Part shown: one piece after another, positions 1-12,985 of the stretch
Numbering within the stretch: the stretch's first letter is position 1
How the letters are laid out: each line of letters starts with the position of its first letter
From: Somniosus microcephalus
Lineage: Eukaryota
Length of the DNA stretch: 64,000 bases
Assembly (NCBI GenBank): GCA_052327205.1
Contig: CM126204.1
Coordinates: 72,850,001-72,914,000 of the forward strand
Reading direction: 5' to 3'
The notes under the pieces: generated by a model
What the model saw: the letters and a program-made list of their open reading frames with translations, nothing else
Told to the model about the DNA's origin: nothing
The model's database searches: none
Translations under genes and position numbers: made by a program

Positions 1-2078
1 AACCCCTGGTGGTCCAACAACCGCCTCATCGTCTGCAAATATCCACCTGGAAGTTGTTGATTTAAAACTTTCAATGCGACGTTTCTTTTGTATCTTGCAT
101 GAAGCAAACATATTCCATCATATGCCAGCTATATAGAAAGGAACGTATAACTATAGATCCAATCACAACATGTTCATGATTGAATTTTAACTGCATGCGT
201 CTCTTTGAAGAGCTCAATGTAAGGTCTTATATTTGCGCAAAGTATCACAGTGTACCAAAGCGAACAACGGCGGAACTTTAGATTTGAATACATTTTTAAC
301 GATAAATTAGAGATTGAAACATTGGGAGTGAAACTATAAGCATTTCCTCAAATGTTCACGCGCTATATGTACTTATATTTCTCAAATACACTAACTCATA
401 CGCACAGCGAAACAAGTTTAGCACACACAAACATTGCTGTCAAAAGTACTGCAATGCAGATTGAATTGTAACGAGGAGCATTCTAAAAAAGTTTCCACTG
501 ACTCTCCTAGCAGAAATATTCACCTTGTTTTGCGCAAGTGCATTATTACTAATGTATAACATAATTAATCGCATACTGCCTCCTTTAGCATCTACACTCC
601 CATCACATTACTGCTAAGTACCATATGAGAAATGTTTTTGCAAATCGCAATTTGTAACTTCATGCATCAAGTTTTCACTTCAGTAGCTTCCCTATCTCCG
701 TTTCCAGACATCACTATCTCTTGCTTCTACTGTAGTTCTTTTCTGCATCTCTTCTCTACCTTCATTTCTCTGTCCAAATTTCTAAAGATCTCAGATGGTA
801 TTTTCTACTTTGCCTAACTCTTCTTCTCTACACATACACTGTAGTGTTATTCTAATATCAGTACCTCTTCGGCTTTCCAGCCCTAGATAATTTGACCAAA
901 TCTCGGTTTCCGGTTTCTCTATCTCTCTCAATGTACACAATGTTATATTTCCTATATGAAGAAGGGTAATGGTGAATTTGCCCCGAATCAATATCTTTAA
1001 GTTACTGCAAGTTTTGTAAATGTGATTTCTAAATCATTAATGTTGTTCGAAATTATTACTACAAAAGTGATTGCATTACCATAGGCGCCTGTACCGAAGA
1101 TATAGTTTTTCGATTTCTTCATCTCTGAAGCACGTTTATTACAAGGTTAATGGTTCAAACAAGCTAGGTACTTTGCATCAATATTTTATCTGTCTTAATT
1201 AATATCTTCTTTGAACCAAATGTCCGACGAAGGGTACAACAACCCGAAACCAACACCATACACAACAATATGTCCAAATTTCATTGTAAGGTCACTTATC
1301 GGTGTACGGATGTGTTCAACAATCTTATTTGCAAAATTCAAAGGCACGTCTTGATCCTACAGCTTTGCCATTTCTCACTGAACCGCACAATTACGAAGAC
1401 GGTTCGTGCGCTATATTGCCCCTCTCTGAAACAATGTGCATTGTTTTCTACATCGCTATTACATCTGGCGGTGAACTCCCACAATGGAAGACAACGAGGG
1501 CTAAAACAATATTTTGAACAGCTAATCATTCTCATACCTGCAGAGAAGTCTCTTACAGTAGCCCCTTTGCTTCAATATTGTGCTGGCAATTCAGCAGCAT
1601 ACCCTATTGTACTTTCAGAAGCACTATCTTACTAACGTGTGTGTCAGTGAAGAGTTAATGGGCAAAGATTGAAGACAGTGAGTGCACCACATGCAGTAAA
1701 AGCGGGTTTTATTTAGCCATACTACTAATGTAAGAATCTGGTGACAACATATTACATAGTCTTTCAAGTTATTCAATATTAAACATGTGTTACAATAAAT
1801 AATGCTTAATAATGTAAATTTAGCCAAACGTCTGACTAAAAATGTTAAGATTTCCTCAAAGAATGTGGCCGTTTTACTTATAGTGGTTTTTCCATAACAT
1901 GAAACTGTAGATGATGCACTTTTCAAGAAAATCCTTTTTTTATTTTTATATTGTCCTCACTGAGAGTCATAGCAGAGTGTGCGCGTATGTGCGAGACAGG
2001 AGAGTTGTGGAATAGTGCTCGAGTCCAGAGGAAGACTAACACTTCCTGGCACTTTGAACAATCCGATGTCATCTGGTG
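1..2078 (-). CDS. Candidate multi-exon coding gene, product unrecognised (putative exons 2078-1961, 1124-1080, 951-865, 548-524, 128-<1)
   Basis: Internal segments have AG/GT boundaries (donors CA|GTGAGG, TG|GTAATG, AG|GTACTG, AG|GTGAAT); the last runs off the window edge. Phases join into a stop-free frame of ~134 codons (PDDIGLFKVPGS...CYDSQDEEIEKLYLRYRRLWKYNIVYIERDRETGNRDLVKLSRAGKPKSNNALAQNKLAYDGICLLHARYKRNVALKVL...). Boundaries chosen by eye; no homolog recognised. Confidence 0.3.
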
Positions 2079-5000
2079 CTGGATAGTATTTAAATTCTCA
2101 AATTTGAAGAGACAACGTGCTTTCAAATTCAAGTTTACTTAATGCTGATTCACTCACAGATAATGAGTTATACAAAAGTCTACGTTTTTTAATATAAGGT
2201 AGTATTGAATACAATTCTGTAAATCATCCTTATATGGCGAGGATGTTTAGCGAAAGCTGTTTTAAAGTAACTATTTGTATTATAGCTTCCCAGGCTGTAT
2301 TAGATGTTTTTGATGTTACAAAATGTAAATTATAATGCTAGCCAAAAATATGGTTTAGTGGTCAGACGGTTTCGGGAACGTTTGAACATTGAAGTATTGA
2401 TTTTATTTTCAATTAGTCCATTCAGGTAAAGGTGAGTATTCTCGTCAGTAAAATAGTTAAAAGTTAGTAGAAATTAGAATGTTCAGCGGGAAAGTGGGAA
2501 GTTGATAAATTGGTCTTCAACTTTTAAGTCATATACATGAGTTTTCAAAGCCAGCCTTGCAGACGGATTAATGCGGATCCTTTGTTATTATTTTATGGGG
2601 CATGAGATTGGAAATGTATGCAGTGCAGAAACAGACTGATGGGCATAAATCAAAGGCTGATTTCTAGTCACATCACCCCTTTAAAACGCCTGGAAAGCTT
2701 CTCGAGTCGAAAGGGAAAGAAAATAACCTGTAATTCTACATATAGGAACAGGCACACGGTTCAAATGAAGCTCCAAGTCTTCTTGTAATGAAGCATTGAT
2801 GTCACAAGCAGCATAAAAAAAGGCACAATTTAAGTGTAAAACAGGGAGGGCGATTAAATGTCGGCGAGAGCGAAGAGCTATACGCCACAGCACAAAAAAT
2901 ATCCTTTCATAACTCCAGCATTCAAGCCACAGCTAATTCATGAGTAGTCGTACACTAGGTAGACGATGATCAACACATAATCTAAACAGTGTTACTCATT
3001 TGCATAGAAAAGAATGTCAAACTAATCCGCAAAACACTAAGAAGGCGCACTCCGTTTATTTCAAAGTAAAATTTAGTTAGTAACACAGAAATAAACTATT
3101 TAAATAAATAAACTGTGGTACTGCACTACAAGAATGGGCAACTGATCTTAAGCCTTAATTTTGCAAAAAAAAATGCAGAGAAAATACACCGGAATCAGAT
3201 TCATTTTTTTCATCATAACAACACCTATCCCAAAATAGGAGATGGGTGTTTGTTTATTTTTATTTTTACAGATCAAAATATAGCAATGTGCACGTTCCTA
3301 CCGTAAGTTTTAAATGCTGAAAACATGCACAGATTTCTGCCAATTTTCCTATCATTACAGTTGGGGATACTCTCTCCTCAGGTGTATCAGGCTGGCGCTC
3401 TGAGATAAATAGCAAACCCTTCAAACCCTACAAGTTTGCCGTGTGGATCTGCCGGGGGCTCTCTCTGTCTCTGTCTCTCCACACCACCCCCCCCCCACCC
3501 CCTCACACACACAAACACATTCTATCTATCTTCGCACATTCTGTTTCTTTCTATTCTACTTGAAGGGGGGCTCATGCGCAAAATTACGCATTCTTCTCTC
3601 ATTTGTTCCTTGTATCAATCAAAAAGTTGGCTATTTATAGGCTACAGAGCATGGGATGGTAATACTGATCTCCCCCTCTCTGTCTGTTCTGAAGTTGCTA
3701 AGTGGTCAGGTTGAGTGCAGCTATTTGGCCATTTGCTATTGCTGAGTCCAGGAGGAAGGTCCCAAGCTGTGATTAACTCAATCTTACTGCAACCACCAAC
3801 CATGTGAGTACCTAAATAATTATATTTGGACACCAAATATCTTCTTGTTGTATAAGACTTTCGCAATATGTATATGGTGTAGCTATTTTATTGCATTTTT
3901 ATAGATCTGCCTTAAAGCTCGGTATAGAGCTAATCTATTTCTGCGTCTTTCTATTTTGACAAATGTGTCATCTGGCAATTTTTCACTTGAAGAAAGCAAG
4001 ATAATGCATATTTTATAGGTGGAATGCATGTTAAATGTCTCGGTAGTACCCGCCGTGCTCTATAGCTAGGATAAAATGAAGGTTGCTGTTATGGGAAATT
4101 GGGAGTGGAATTACTCAATATTCGATATTTTTTTATTCCTCATCATTGAAGGCAGTAAAAAAATGTTGAATGCATTGTGAAAGGCGCCATCCTTCAGATT
4201 AAATTTACAACGAAACAGAATGAGATGTGAATTTGCAGTTTTATAAATTAAATATTTTGTCGCCACCACAGCACATACAGTGATGTGTCCGCCGATAGTG
4301 CTTACAGATTGCTACGTTACAAATATATCCGTGTTTTTTGTAAAGCTGATTTCGATGTACCATATCAAGTACAGAAATACAACTTATGATGTTCCAGGTA
4401 CTATCGAATACTGACTAAGACATTGCTTGCCGTTTTAACACAATCTGCGACCTCGGTTTGCGCATATGTAAACTCGCAAATATTAATTAAATTCATGTGT
4501 TTTATTGCCCGTTTCATATAACATCAAACATTTACAAATTATAAATTGAGTCACGCGATTATTTTTTAAAGTTCAAAGTTACAGATCGAGTATGTAGGTT
4601 AGATCTGCGTGGCAAGTTAAGGACGGGATCAAATGTAAGACTGTTCTTTAAAGATGAATAGCGCTTTTCTTAGCAATCATTTTTTACCACGGAAAGTTGT
4701 AACGGTAAATGGTTTGAAAACTACTCTAAGAATTGTAAAGCTATGACACAAACTATTCCTACCAGACCAAGCAAACAAGCTAATGCCTTCAAACTTAGTT
4801 TTGGACGTGACTTCAGTGATTACACGGCTGTCAACGTGCGAAGCAATCGTCTCCTCCCTTAGGGTACTTTAATAGGCGATTGCCATGATTTTGATGCGCG
4901 GGTCTAGTTAATACAAAATAAACATGAAGCTGTAAATAACAAACCGCACTCTCACTGATAAGTGATAACTCTGCTAAATAACGCATGACGGATTGACGCC

Positions 5001-5095
5001 CTTCTAAGATCATTTTGATAACATCACTTTCTTCCTAAGATCAGCTTTCTGATACACAGCATCTATCATTGTTAATGCACTGGCATTCCCGATTT

Positions 5096-5097
<2 letters not shown>

Positions 5098-5127
<30 letters not shown>
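5098..5127. repeat. (AC)n microsatellite
   Basis: About 15 perfect AC units. Confidence 0.95.
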
Positions 5128-5129
<2 letters not shown>

Positions 5130-5824
5130 GTTCTATCGGAAGACCGGGGTTTTCCTTCGCAAAAAATTGTCGATCTGAATCTACCAGTCTTGGACTGTAC
5201 CTGGACATTAGGTACCAGATGAAGTGAGAAAGAACTCTGTCAACCTTTATGTAGGTGAGAATTTTTTTGGTTGGTTTTTTCTTAACCTAAAAATAAATTG
5301 ACATAATAATCGCCGAACGCTTCTATATTAATAATAAATGCTTTGGGGAAAAAAGGACCGAAATCGCTTCTAGTGCGCATTTCTTATCAGTCTGGAGCAG
5401 CGCCAGTGCCGTGAGATTGTGAATTTTGTCCCGTCTGTTGCAGCTTGTCATTGATAAAATAAGCAGGGAGAGTGACGCTGTGGGTCACGCTGAGTACGGA
5501 CGGGCGCATTGCCGAGCGGGTGTGTGCCCGTCACATGACCGCCACTTACAGCACGGTTATTTCAGGCAGAAACCCCAACGCCGCGGCTTTAAATGACACA
5601 GGCGCTGAATCCACGCCGAGATCTTGACCCCGTTGGCCCCGATTCCCTTCGATTTGCCGGAGAAACAGTCGCAGCTACTTCGGCCGTCACCCCCCACCCC
5701 CCCCTCTCTAGACTTAAAAGAGTACGGGTTCCCAGGAAAGGGAGGCGTGTGTGTTGTAAAGAGGGTTGCAGCGTTTCCGAAACCCCGTGGACATTAAAGC
5801 GAAAGTAGCCGGCTTCCATTTACT

Positions 5825-6049
5825 TTAAACTACCAAATAAACCCCGGCACCAGCTCTCGATCTGATAGGGAGGTTGTCCAAGGTAATCGTAAATCCATCA
5901 CACATTTGCTCAAACGTTGCAGCTTTTTCTGACAGTCTCCGATTTGCGATTTTATTAAAGCGCCTGTGAAGCGGCTGGTGTTGAGCTGAGGTTACCCTTG
6001 CAGAAGGTTGCAACTGTGTAGCAACCTCGGCTTCTAAAGTTCCTGCCAT
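5825..6049 (-). CDS. Possible first coding exon or short ORF (MAGTLEAEVATQLQ...)
   Basis: ATG in good Kozak context (agaATGG) inside the CpG-rich core; 74 codons. Only weak donor candidates and no recognised homolog. Confidence 0.2.
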   Translation of the reverse strand: MAGTLEAEVATQLQPSARVTSAQHQPLHRRFNKIANRRLSEKAATFEQMCDGFTITLDNLPIRSRAGAGVYLVV

Positions 6050-6399
6050 TCTTTCCTCAAGCAGGCTCGGCGGCTGCAGCGAGAGGGGGACGAGGATGTC
6101 TAATGATCATTTGTAGGTCTTGTCCTGAAAATAGATGATAGATTTGACAGCTGAACCACTGTAGGCCTGGAGATCCTGGCGCGTCAGTTGCAATTTTTTT
6201 TTTTGCTTGGTTCAGTTTTGTTGTGACCACATGGGGCTGGTGGTGGGAAGCACGTTACGTGCTTAGAGATAGCTTGTTCCTGACCATATACAGTTTATGT
6301 GTCTGTGTGAGAGTGCGTGTGTGTTAGGAAAATGTATACGGGGGAGAAAAAGAAAGACAAGTGTATGTGTGTGTGAGAGAGAGTCTGTGTGAGAGGAAG

Positions 6400-6850
6400 A
6401 AAGTCACATTGAATGCTGGGCCGGCGTGCCGCATTAGCTCGGCGAGAAACAACATGATATCCGGCTGTATTCCGAGACATTTAGTGGCAATAAAGCGCCG
6501 GCAGCCGAGGAAACTAAACCGTGCCGATTAACGAGACGGTCCTAAAACGGCAATGTGTAACTTGTAAGCTGTAGCAAGACCTACCATGACAACCAGTGTA
6601 TATTTCGAGTGGATTTAGCCAAGTTGTTGTCAGTGAGGAGAATACGCTCGTTATACTGGAGGCCCGCTGCTTCCCAGGACGTTGCAGCAAACAGTACACA
6701 ATGCAAGCTTCTAATGCAGTGTACACATATACGATTGATTCTAGATTTAGCCTAGACTGGATGAATTACTGCAACAATCGCACTGCAATGCATGCCGTTG
6801 CCAGATTGTTTCATTATTTATTTACACACCTTGAGAAACACAAATCTGAG
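6400..6850 (+). other. Candidate first exon of a plus-strand transcript (5' end uncertain)
   Basis: Strong donor GAG|GTACGT at 6850/6851 just downstream of the CpG core. A second strong donor CTG|GTAAGT lies at ~7374. Confidence 0.35.
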
Positions 6851-9279
6851 GTACGTGGATCGGAAAACTCTGCAGGCCTCTGAACATGTAAACTATCTGT
6901 ATCATGCATTTGTAAAGCTATACGTTAAAAGAAAACCACTTCAAATAGGGAGCTGGTTTCTTGTTTACGTTGAAACAGTGTCTTGATATGATACGGTCAC
7001 ATGCAAGTTGTTGAACTCGCCCTCCACTTAAACCCCTCGTAGTGGCACTCTTGAAATTTGATACCATTGCTTTTTAGTGTTTATAGTGACGCGGAGTGCC
7101 TGACAGTTCCTGCAAATCAAGGACTCTGGTTTACCCACGGTGTGCTGGTGGTACTTTTCCCCATTTAAAACCAAGATCCTTCTTCGTCTTTGAGTCACGT
7201 CGTTTTCTCATTTTCGCGGCTGCATATATGTGTTATCTATATTATATATCTGTTTTAAAAGTCTAGAGGCAAGTTGCAAAAAAATTTAGGATAGGGTTAG
7301 CTTAACTGCTCTTTCACTCAAAGGTGTCGCCAGCACTTTCGCTGATATTCCGTCATAGCGAGGATCCAGCACTGGTAAGTTTTACGGTAGAACACTTTAA
7401 AGAAGCAAAAATAGTGTTTCAATCATATATACTTATTCCTACTGTAATATCATTTAACAATACAGCTCGGAACGGTTGAAATAGGAGTTATTAGTGTTGT
7501 CAGGGAATTTGCTGCTGTTATTTATTTAGTTCGTTTTGTCACTATTGTGTTTTTATGCTTTTCTTTGCATTTATGGGAGCAGTATGACCATTCACCTGCA
7601 TTAGACAGCATATTCATTCTATCTACTTATTTGTTACGCTGAAATGGAGTTGATAGTATTGCTATGACGTGTTTAATGTTTAACTCATTGCTTTTACTTA
7701 TTAGTGGTGCATCTGCTTGATTTTTCACCAAGTTAAAAATGCTTCTTCCCAATATGTTGTGTGTAGAAGAACATTTATATGAAGAGTTAACACACTGGTA
7801 AACAAATCTCACTACAAATCTTAAGCTTGGTCCATAATTAATATACAATGCCTGCAGTCAGCTGATCAAATGCCCTCTCCTTGGTAACGCAGGTTGATAG
7901 ATCCGTTGTGCTTTCTGAGAAATACTTGCACTGGGTCCAAAAGCTGCACACGGTTTAACTAGTGAATGTGAAACGGTAACCATAGCTTCCAGAGCTTAAA
8001 ACAAAAACTATTGAATTCATTTTTTTGTGAGCTTGTCAATGGAAAAGACACACAGAACAGTCAAACATTGTTGGGTGTATAATGATGTTTGAACTATTTA
8101 TTGTAACACTGTAACTGTTAGCACATTGGATATTATGTGCAAATTCAAAACCAATATCCCGAGAATTACCAAGCACAAATGACCTGTCACAGTGTTTCCT
8201 GCATCATTTCCCATCCCCAAAATAAATCAAACAACAAATCATTCAAAATGTAAATAGGTGTTTAGAAAATTCAAGTATTGAAAGTGTGGTACTGACAGCA
8301 GCGAGATGTCGATTTTAGATAAGGTGACTGTGTAGCAGGTTAAAATGTGAACTCATCAATTCTTTAATTTCTCAATTTTCTGATTGCTAGATTGTTTCTT
8401 CTAAGACTTTCCGATTGAATACTGGCAGTGCTACCATTAATTAGTACCATCATTAAGCTTATGATCATTATTTCTTGTAAACAAAAATATTGTGAGATGT
8501 GCAAAATATGATTTGTTTTACTGCAAGATGAATATGCTGGCTCTTTTTTTAAATGTTGCTGTTAGGAATTTTAAACAAAAATATAGGTGAGGAATGATTT
8601 TACATATTCAATCATTAGTGTCCCTTAGCTGTACTAATGGGCTAGATGGTTTGACATGAAGTTTAGACAAAAGTATGCATTGTCTCTTGATGGCTAGAGG
8701 ACACCTTGCTTACTTGGCAGCTAAACTGCTGCTTGCCAGGTGAGGTAAATTCATCTGCAAATGAAGGTACTTTGTAACCGAGATGGGTTTCTGAGGGATA
8801 TTGTTTTATTTAGAAAAATAAAATTGCTTACAGAATGCACCCATTGCAGGTGCATGTTTTACATTCAAATATCAGGTAATGCATTTCTAATTTTTCTCCC
8901 CCTCCACTCCACCCTAGCAGCTGGGAAATCTTGACTTCATTAGACTGAGCATGTTTGCCTCAGGCTCTTTGAAGTAATTGAGTTGTAACTCAGGTTAGGT
9001 TTTAAGGGTTTGAATTGTTATTTTAGGTTTTATGGTTAGATGCTCTAGTTAAATTTTAGGTTTATGATTAAATGTAAGGCTACAAACTGGGGTCAGTGCA
9101 CTGTTTTTAAGGTTCACATTCTGTGATTCTGCCAAATGTTCTGGTTACTCTTTTGGGGGTTATGGCTTATAGTTGAATCATAAGTTTTGGGGTTTTATTG
9201 GTTTGATGTTTAGGGTCTTTCAAGACACAAAGATAATTTTAGAGAAATAGATGCAAATGACATATACACCAGGAAACAA

Positions 9280-9410
9280 TTAGAAACATAGAAAAATAGG
9301 AGCAGGCGTAGGCCATTCGGCCCTTCGAGCCTGCTCCGCCATTCAATATGATCATGGCTGATCCTCTATCTCACTACCATATTCCCGCTCTCTCCCCATA
9401 CACCTTGATA
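9280..9410 (-). mobile_element. CR1-like LINE 3' end fragment
   Basis: Reverse complement of the CR1 3' UTR seen at 60540-60647 (gaatggcggagcaggctc..gggccgaatggcctac..ctatgtt). Confidence 0.85.
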
Positions 9411-11731
9411 TTAAAAGGGCACAATCGTCATGAAAAGTGTTTAGCCAAGCATTTTTTTTGGAGAAGATGGGCTGTGTGGCATTTTTGTCGTCATGGTGTA
9501 ATTTTGCCATTATTGCATTTTGCTTACCTGAAAACATTGTGTCATGCACGTTGTACTGCAGTTGTTACACTGTATGCTACAGTACAGTCTGGCAATTAAA
9601 ATGGCTGACTCTAAGTTGTGCTTTGGAGCAACTCTTACTGATTTTGTAGGACTTGGCCTGAATAATAACATCCTTTTAACATATCCAGTTAGCAGACAAC
9701 AAAGAACTTGCTGGGTTTACATCTGGAGCCACAAGCAAACAAATATATAGTTATTATACTGGCTTCTGGCTCAACTTCTGTTATTCCAGTTTACAGTTTT
9801 TCCGAGGATGGTTTCCAAGAAGTTTCTTCATGTTTAGCTCTACAGTATAACTTTGCTAGTTTCTAATGGATGTGAAGCTTTTCTCACATGTCACAGAATC
9901 TGGAAGCTGTTGTAAGAACATGTTAGGACGTACTGTCAAGTGACCCACTGTGCAACACTAGATTCCTAGATTATGAAACCCATGATGAGAATGGCTCCAT
10001 AACACCTCCTCCCTCCTCCCTGAAAAAACAAACTCAGTCCAGAACCTATAAAGTTATGCTTCATTATTTTTTATTCTAATCCCCATGTGCTCACTTATGT
10101 TTTCCCAGAAGGTTGTTACTACGCTATAGTGGCTTTTTAGGTAGAAGGTGGAATGGGCTTAGTTAACAATGACTCCAATGTCAGGGCTCTTTCATGACTG
10201 TCAGAAGGGAGGCCTGCTTATAGTAGGATGGGTCAGTTATGACCTTCATTATTCTTCATGCCTCAATTTTTCAGTGAATCATACAATTATATAAAATAAG
10301 TTTGGTGTGTGGAATGGCATATCCTATAAATGTACCTTTTATCTTAACTTCAGAAGAGTGTGTCCTTTTGGACAAACTTAACATCTCCATTTCTCATATC
10401 AGGCAATTTTCTGGCCTTTGAGTGAGACTGACAGTTTAGTGCCACATTTATGGATAGCTTTATGTGTGGTTCATGTTTGCTCAGGACTGGCTTGAGACTA
10501 TTCAAATCCATTTCACTTGGGACTTTTATAAGTTGTTAAGCAGGTGACATTTGTCTCACCTGTTTGGGCTAGTTTCCAATCCACGTCCAGGAACTGAAAG
10601 GATGGTGTTCTTAACCTACTATCTTACCCAATCATCTGTTATGGCTCCCTCCCTCAATGGCAGAGTCAGTTGGTACTACATTTCCCCCTTTAAAATAGCA
10701 GGATTGTGTAAAACCTTTATACTACTTATGTTAAAAAGGCGCTGGGCTTCTTTGAATGAGTTTGGTTGGATACAAGTTAATAGGTTGGTGCAGTAATATT
10801 TTAGAAACGTTACTGATGCAGCCTGGTGCTGTGCACATTGGTACATATGAGGTGATTCTTTTGAAATTATGCTTGTTTCACAAATTAATGAAGCTGTATG
10901 GCGGTTTGGTGGTTGCAGTTCTACAGTGTAACAATCCCTCCTAAGAGACTGAAGGTTGAATTCCAGTTCGGAGTGCTGTTGATTCTTTGACTCTGCCTAG
11001 AAAGTGAGTTTTCTAGTCTTAGTTGGATCAGCTGGGAAATGGAAGGAAAATGGTCAGATTGGGCTCAGTTCTTCACTGTTATGTTAGGTAGACTAAGGAG
11101 AGGCATTAATAGTGTTTTGCTACTTTCCTGATCAAGAAGGATAGCCTGGATCTTGGGGTTGGGGCGCTAGGAGACGAGCAAAAATAAATGGTAAAACATT
11201 GCAAATACATGTGACGTGCTTTGCAGCCCTGTTGTCACTGAAGTGAAAAGAACCAATCAACATACATGGTTTCGAGTTAATGGAAACAGTAAGTAATGTT
11301 GGTGGAGGTTGGCAATCAACTCAGTTAGACAGCTATTATCTATTTAAGGAGATTCCAATCCAGTGCTGGTCTTCTTAGGCTGGATTTTACACTGTCAATG
11401 CTCAAGTTGTGTCTTTGGGTTCTGCGATATTCGAAATGAGTGCATTCAAACAGAAGTGACAGTAATACTGCAAAAATCATAGCAGTCTGTATTCAGCAAT
11501 TGACCTCTTGCAATATTCTATTTGTTTTCTTTTCCTCAGCACGATAGAATAGAGCACGTGAGGAAGCTAATTTAGTGAGAATTAATTTTAAATATTTTAA
11601 ATTAATAGACCAAGAAAAAGAGATGCCATTTCTTAAATTGGATAATTGCTGTTTTAATATCAGTGTTGCAACATTAGGCGCCACTGAAGTGACTCTATGG
11701 AAACTAATATTTGATACATAGAAGTTACAAC

Positions 11732-11797
11732 ACATAGAAATATATAGAAATTACAACATGGAAACAGGCCATTTGGCCCAGCCAGTCCGTGTCGGGC
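11732..11797 (-). mobile_element. Very short CR1-like 3' tail fragment
   Basis: catagaaat...ggaaacaggccatttggccca resembles the tails at 30160 and 55565. Confidence 0.5.
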
Positions 11798-12823
11798 TTT
11801 AATAACTGGATTTAGATTCTTAGAATTAGAAATTAATTTTGGGGAAAATTATCAATAGACCAGAAGCAATCACACTACACTGCAGGCTGCTTAACTACTT
11901 TATTCAAGCAGAGATGTACATTCGGATAATATTCAACTGAACTTTTGGGGGGGTTGCTAATCCCTCAGGCAGGCTCAGTGTAAAGGGCAAACATATTTAT
12001 AGTAATCCAAATCAGACTGCAATGAATGCATTGCATATTGCTATATGGTGTACTAATGTAACACAATTGCAAAAAAGTGACATGTAGATCACTTTTTCAT
12101 ATATATTTAAACAAAAAATATAAAGCATCAGAACGATATTTAGATAAACACAAACATTTATGAGTTTCCCTTCAGTAATTTACCATAAATGTGTTTAAAA
12201 ACAAATGAGACATCACGTAGCTCGATAATTTCCCATGACCGAGTCACCAGCATGAAGCATGTAATTTAGCATGATTTAAGATGCATATCTCTGGGTTTGT
12301 GCGTTGTTTCCAGATAGGCTTTAGTTTCCCTGACCTTTTCTGATACATTTTTGGCAATCGCCCCTGCTCATTTCATTTTGCACAGTGTATGCTTGTCACA
12401 CAGGTTATAGCTGTAAAAGAAAGCAATATTTTTAAGGCAGTCTACATAAATTGTACAGTACCCAATTGCTGATATAAAGTGCTAATATAAATAATACAGC
12501 ATGCACAGCATTATTGGGAACATACGTATGGTTATGTCAGAAGTGAAAGATGCTGACTTTTTCTTCTATCGAATTTAAGATATTTCTAAAATAATTTTCT
12601 GCTCTTTTTTGTTCTTAAGCATATCGTTTCGCTATTCCCTCCATGGCACATAATTCTCTTACTTGTAGAGGACAGGTGGATGATTTGTTTCCTGGCTTCT
12701 GCCAATAGTGCCAAACAAAGAATGAGCCACCTGCTCGGAGATTGCATGAGCTTTGACTCCAGCTTTTTGGTTTTTTTTTTCTCTTCTCCCTGTGTGCCTT
12801 GCCTCTGTCTACTGTTTTCCCAG

Positions 12824-12985
12824 ACGTCCCAGCTGAGATTGGAATCTCACCACATGGGGAACCATGACTTTAAGCTTATACGCTATCACTTCATGGTGAA
12901 GTACCTTGATGCTTGTTGTGCCAATATGGCCGAGAAGATAGTTACAGAGGGACCTGTCTATTGCAGTCCCCGACAGAAGCAGTAA
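12824..12985 (+). other. Candidate plus-strand exon
   Basis: Long polypyrimidine tract ending ttttcccag at 12823, followed by 53 open codons (TSQLRLESHHMGNHDFKL...). Confidence 0.25.

Larger units (their letters stand above)
1..7500. promoter_or_regulatory. TE-free, CpG-retaining region (non-methylated-island-like) with a GC-richer promoter core at ~5350-6700
   Basis: CG dinucleotides are frequent to ~7.5 kb and scarce in unique sequence afterwards. No recognisable repeats apart from microsatellites. E-box/CLEAR-like GTCACATGAC at 5530-5539. Confidence 0.6.

Noticed and set aside
1-1124. Kinase-like motifs FGTGAYG (alternative frame of 1124-1080) and VALKVL (128-1)
   Set aside because: They lie in incompatible frames; every splice path I tried from the GxGxYG frame hits a stop, and the spacing is wrong for subdomains I-II.
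12850-12875. GNHD metallophosphoesterase-like motif
   Set aside because: An isolated 4-residue match with none of the other motifs.
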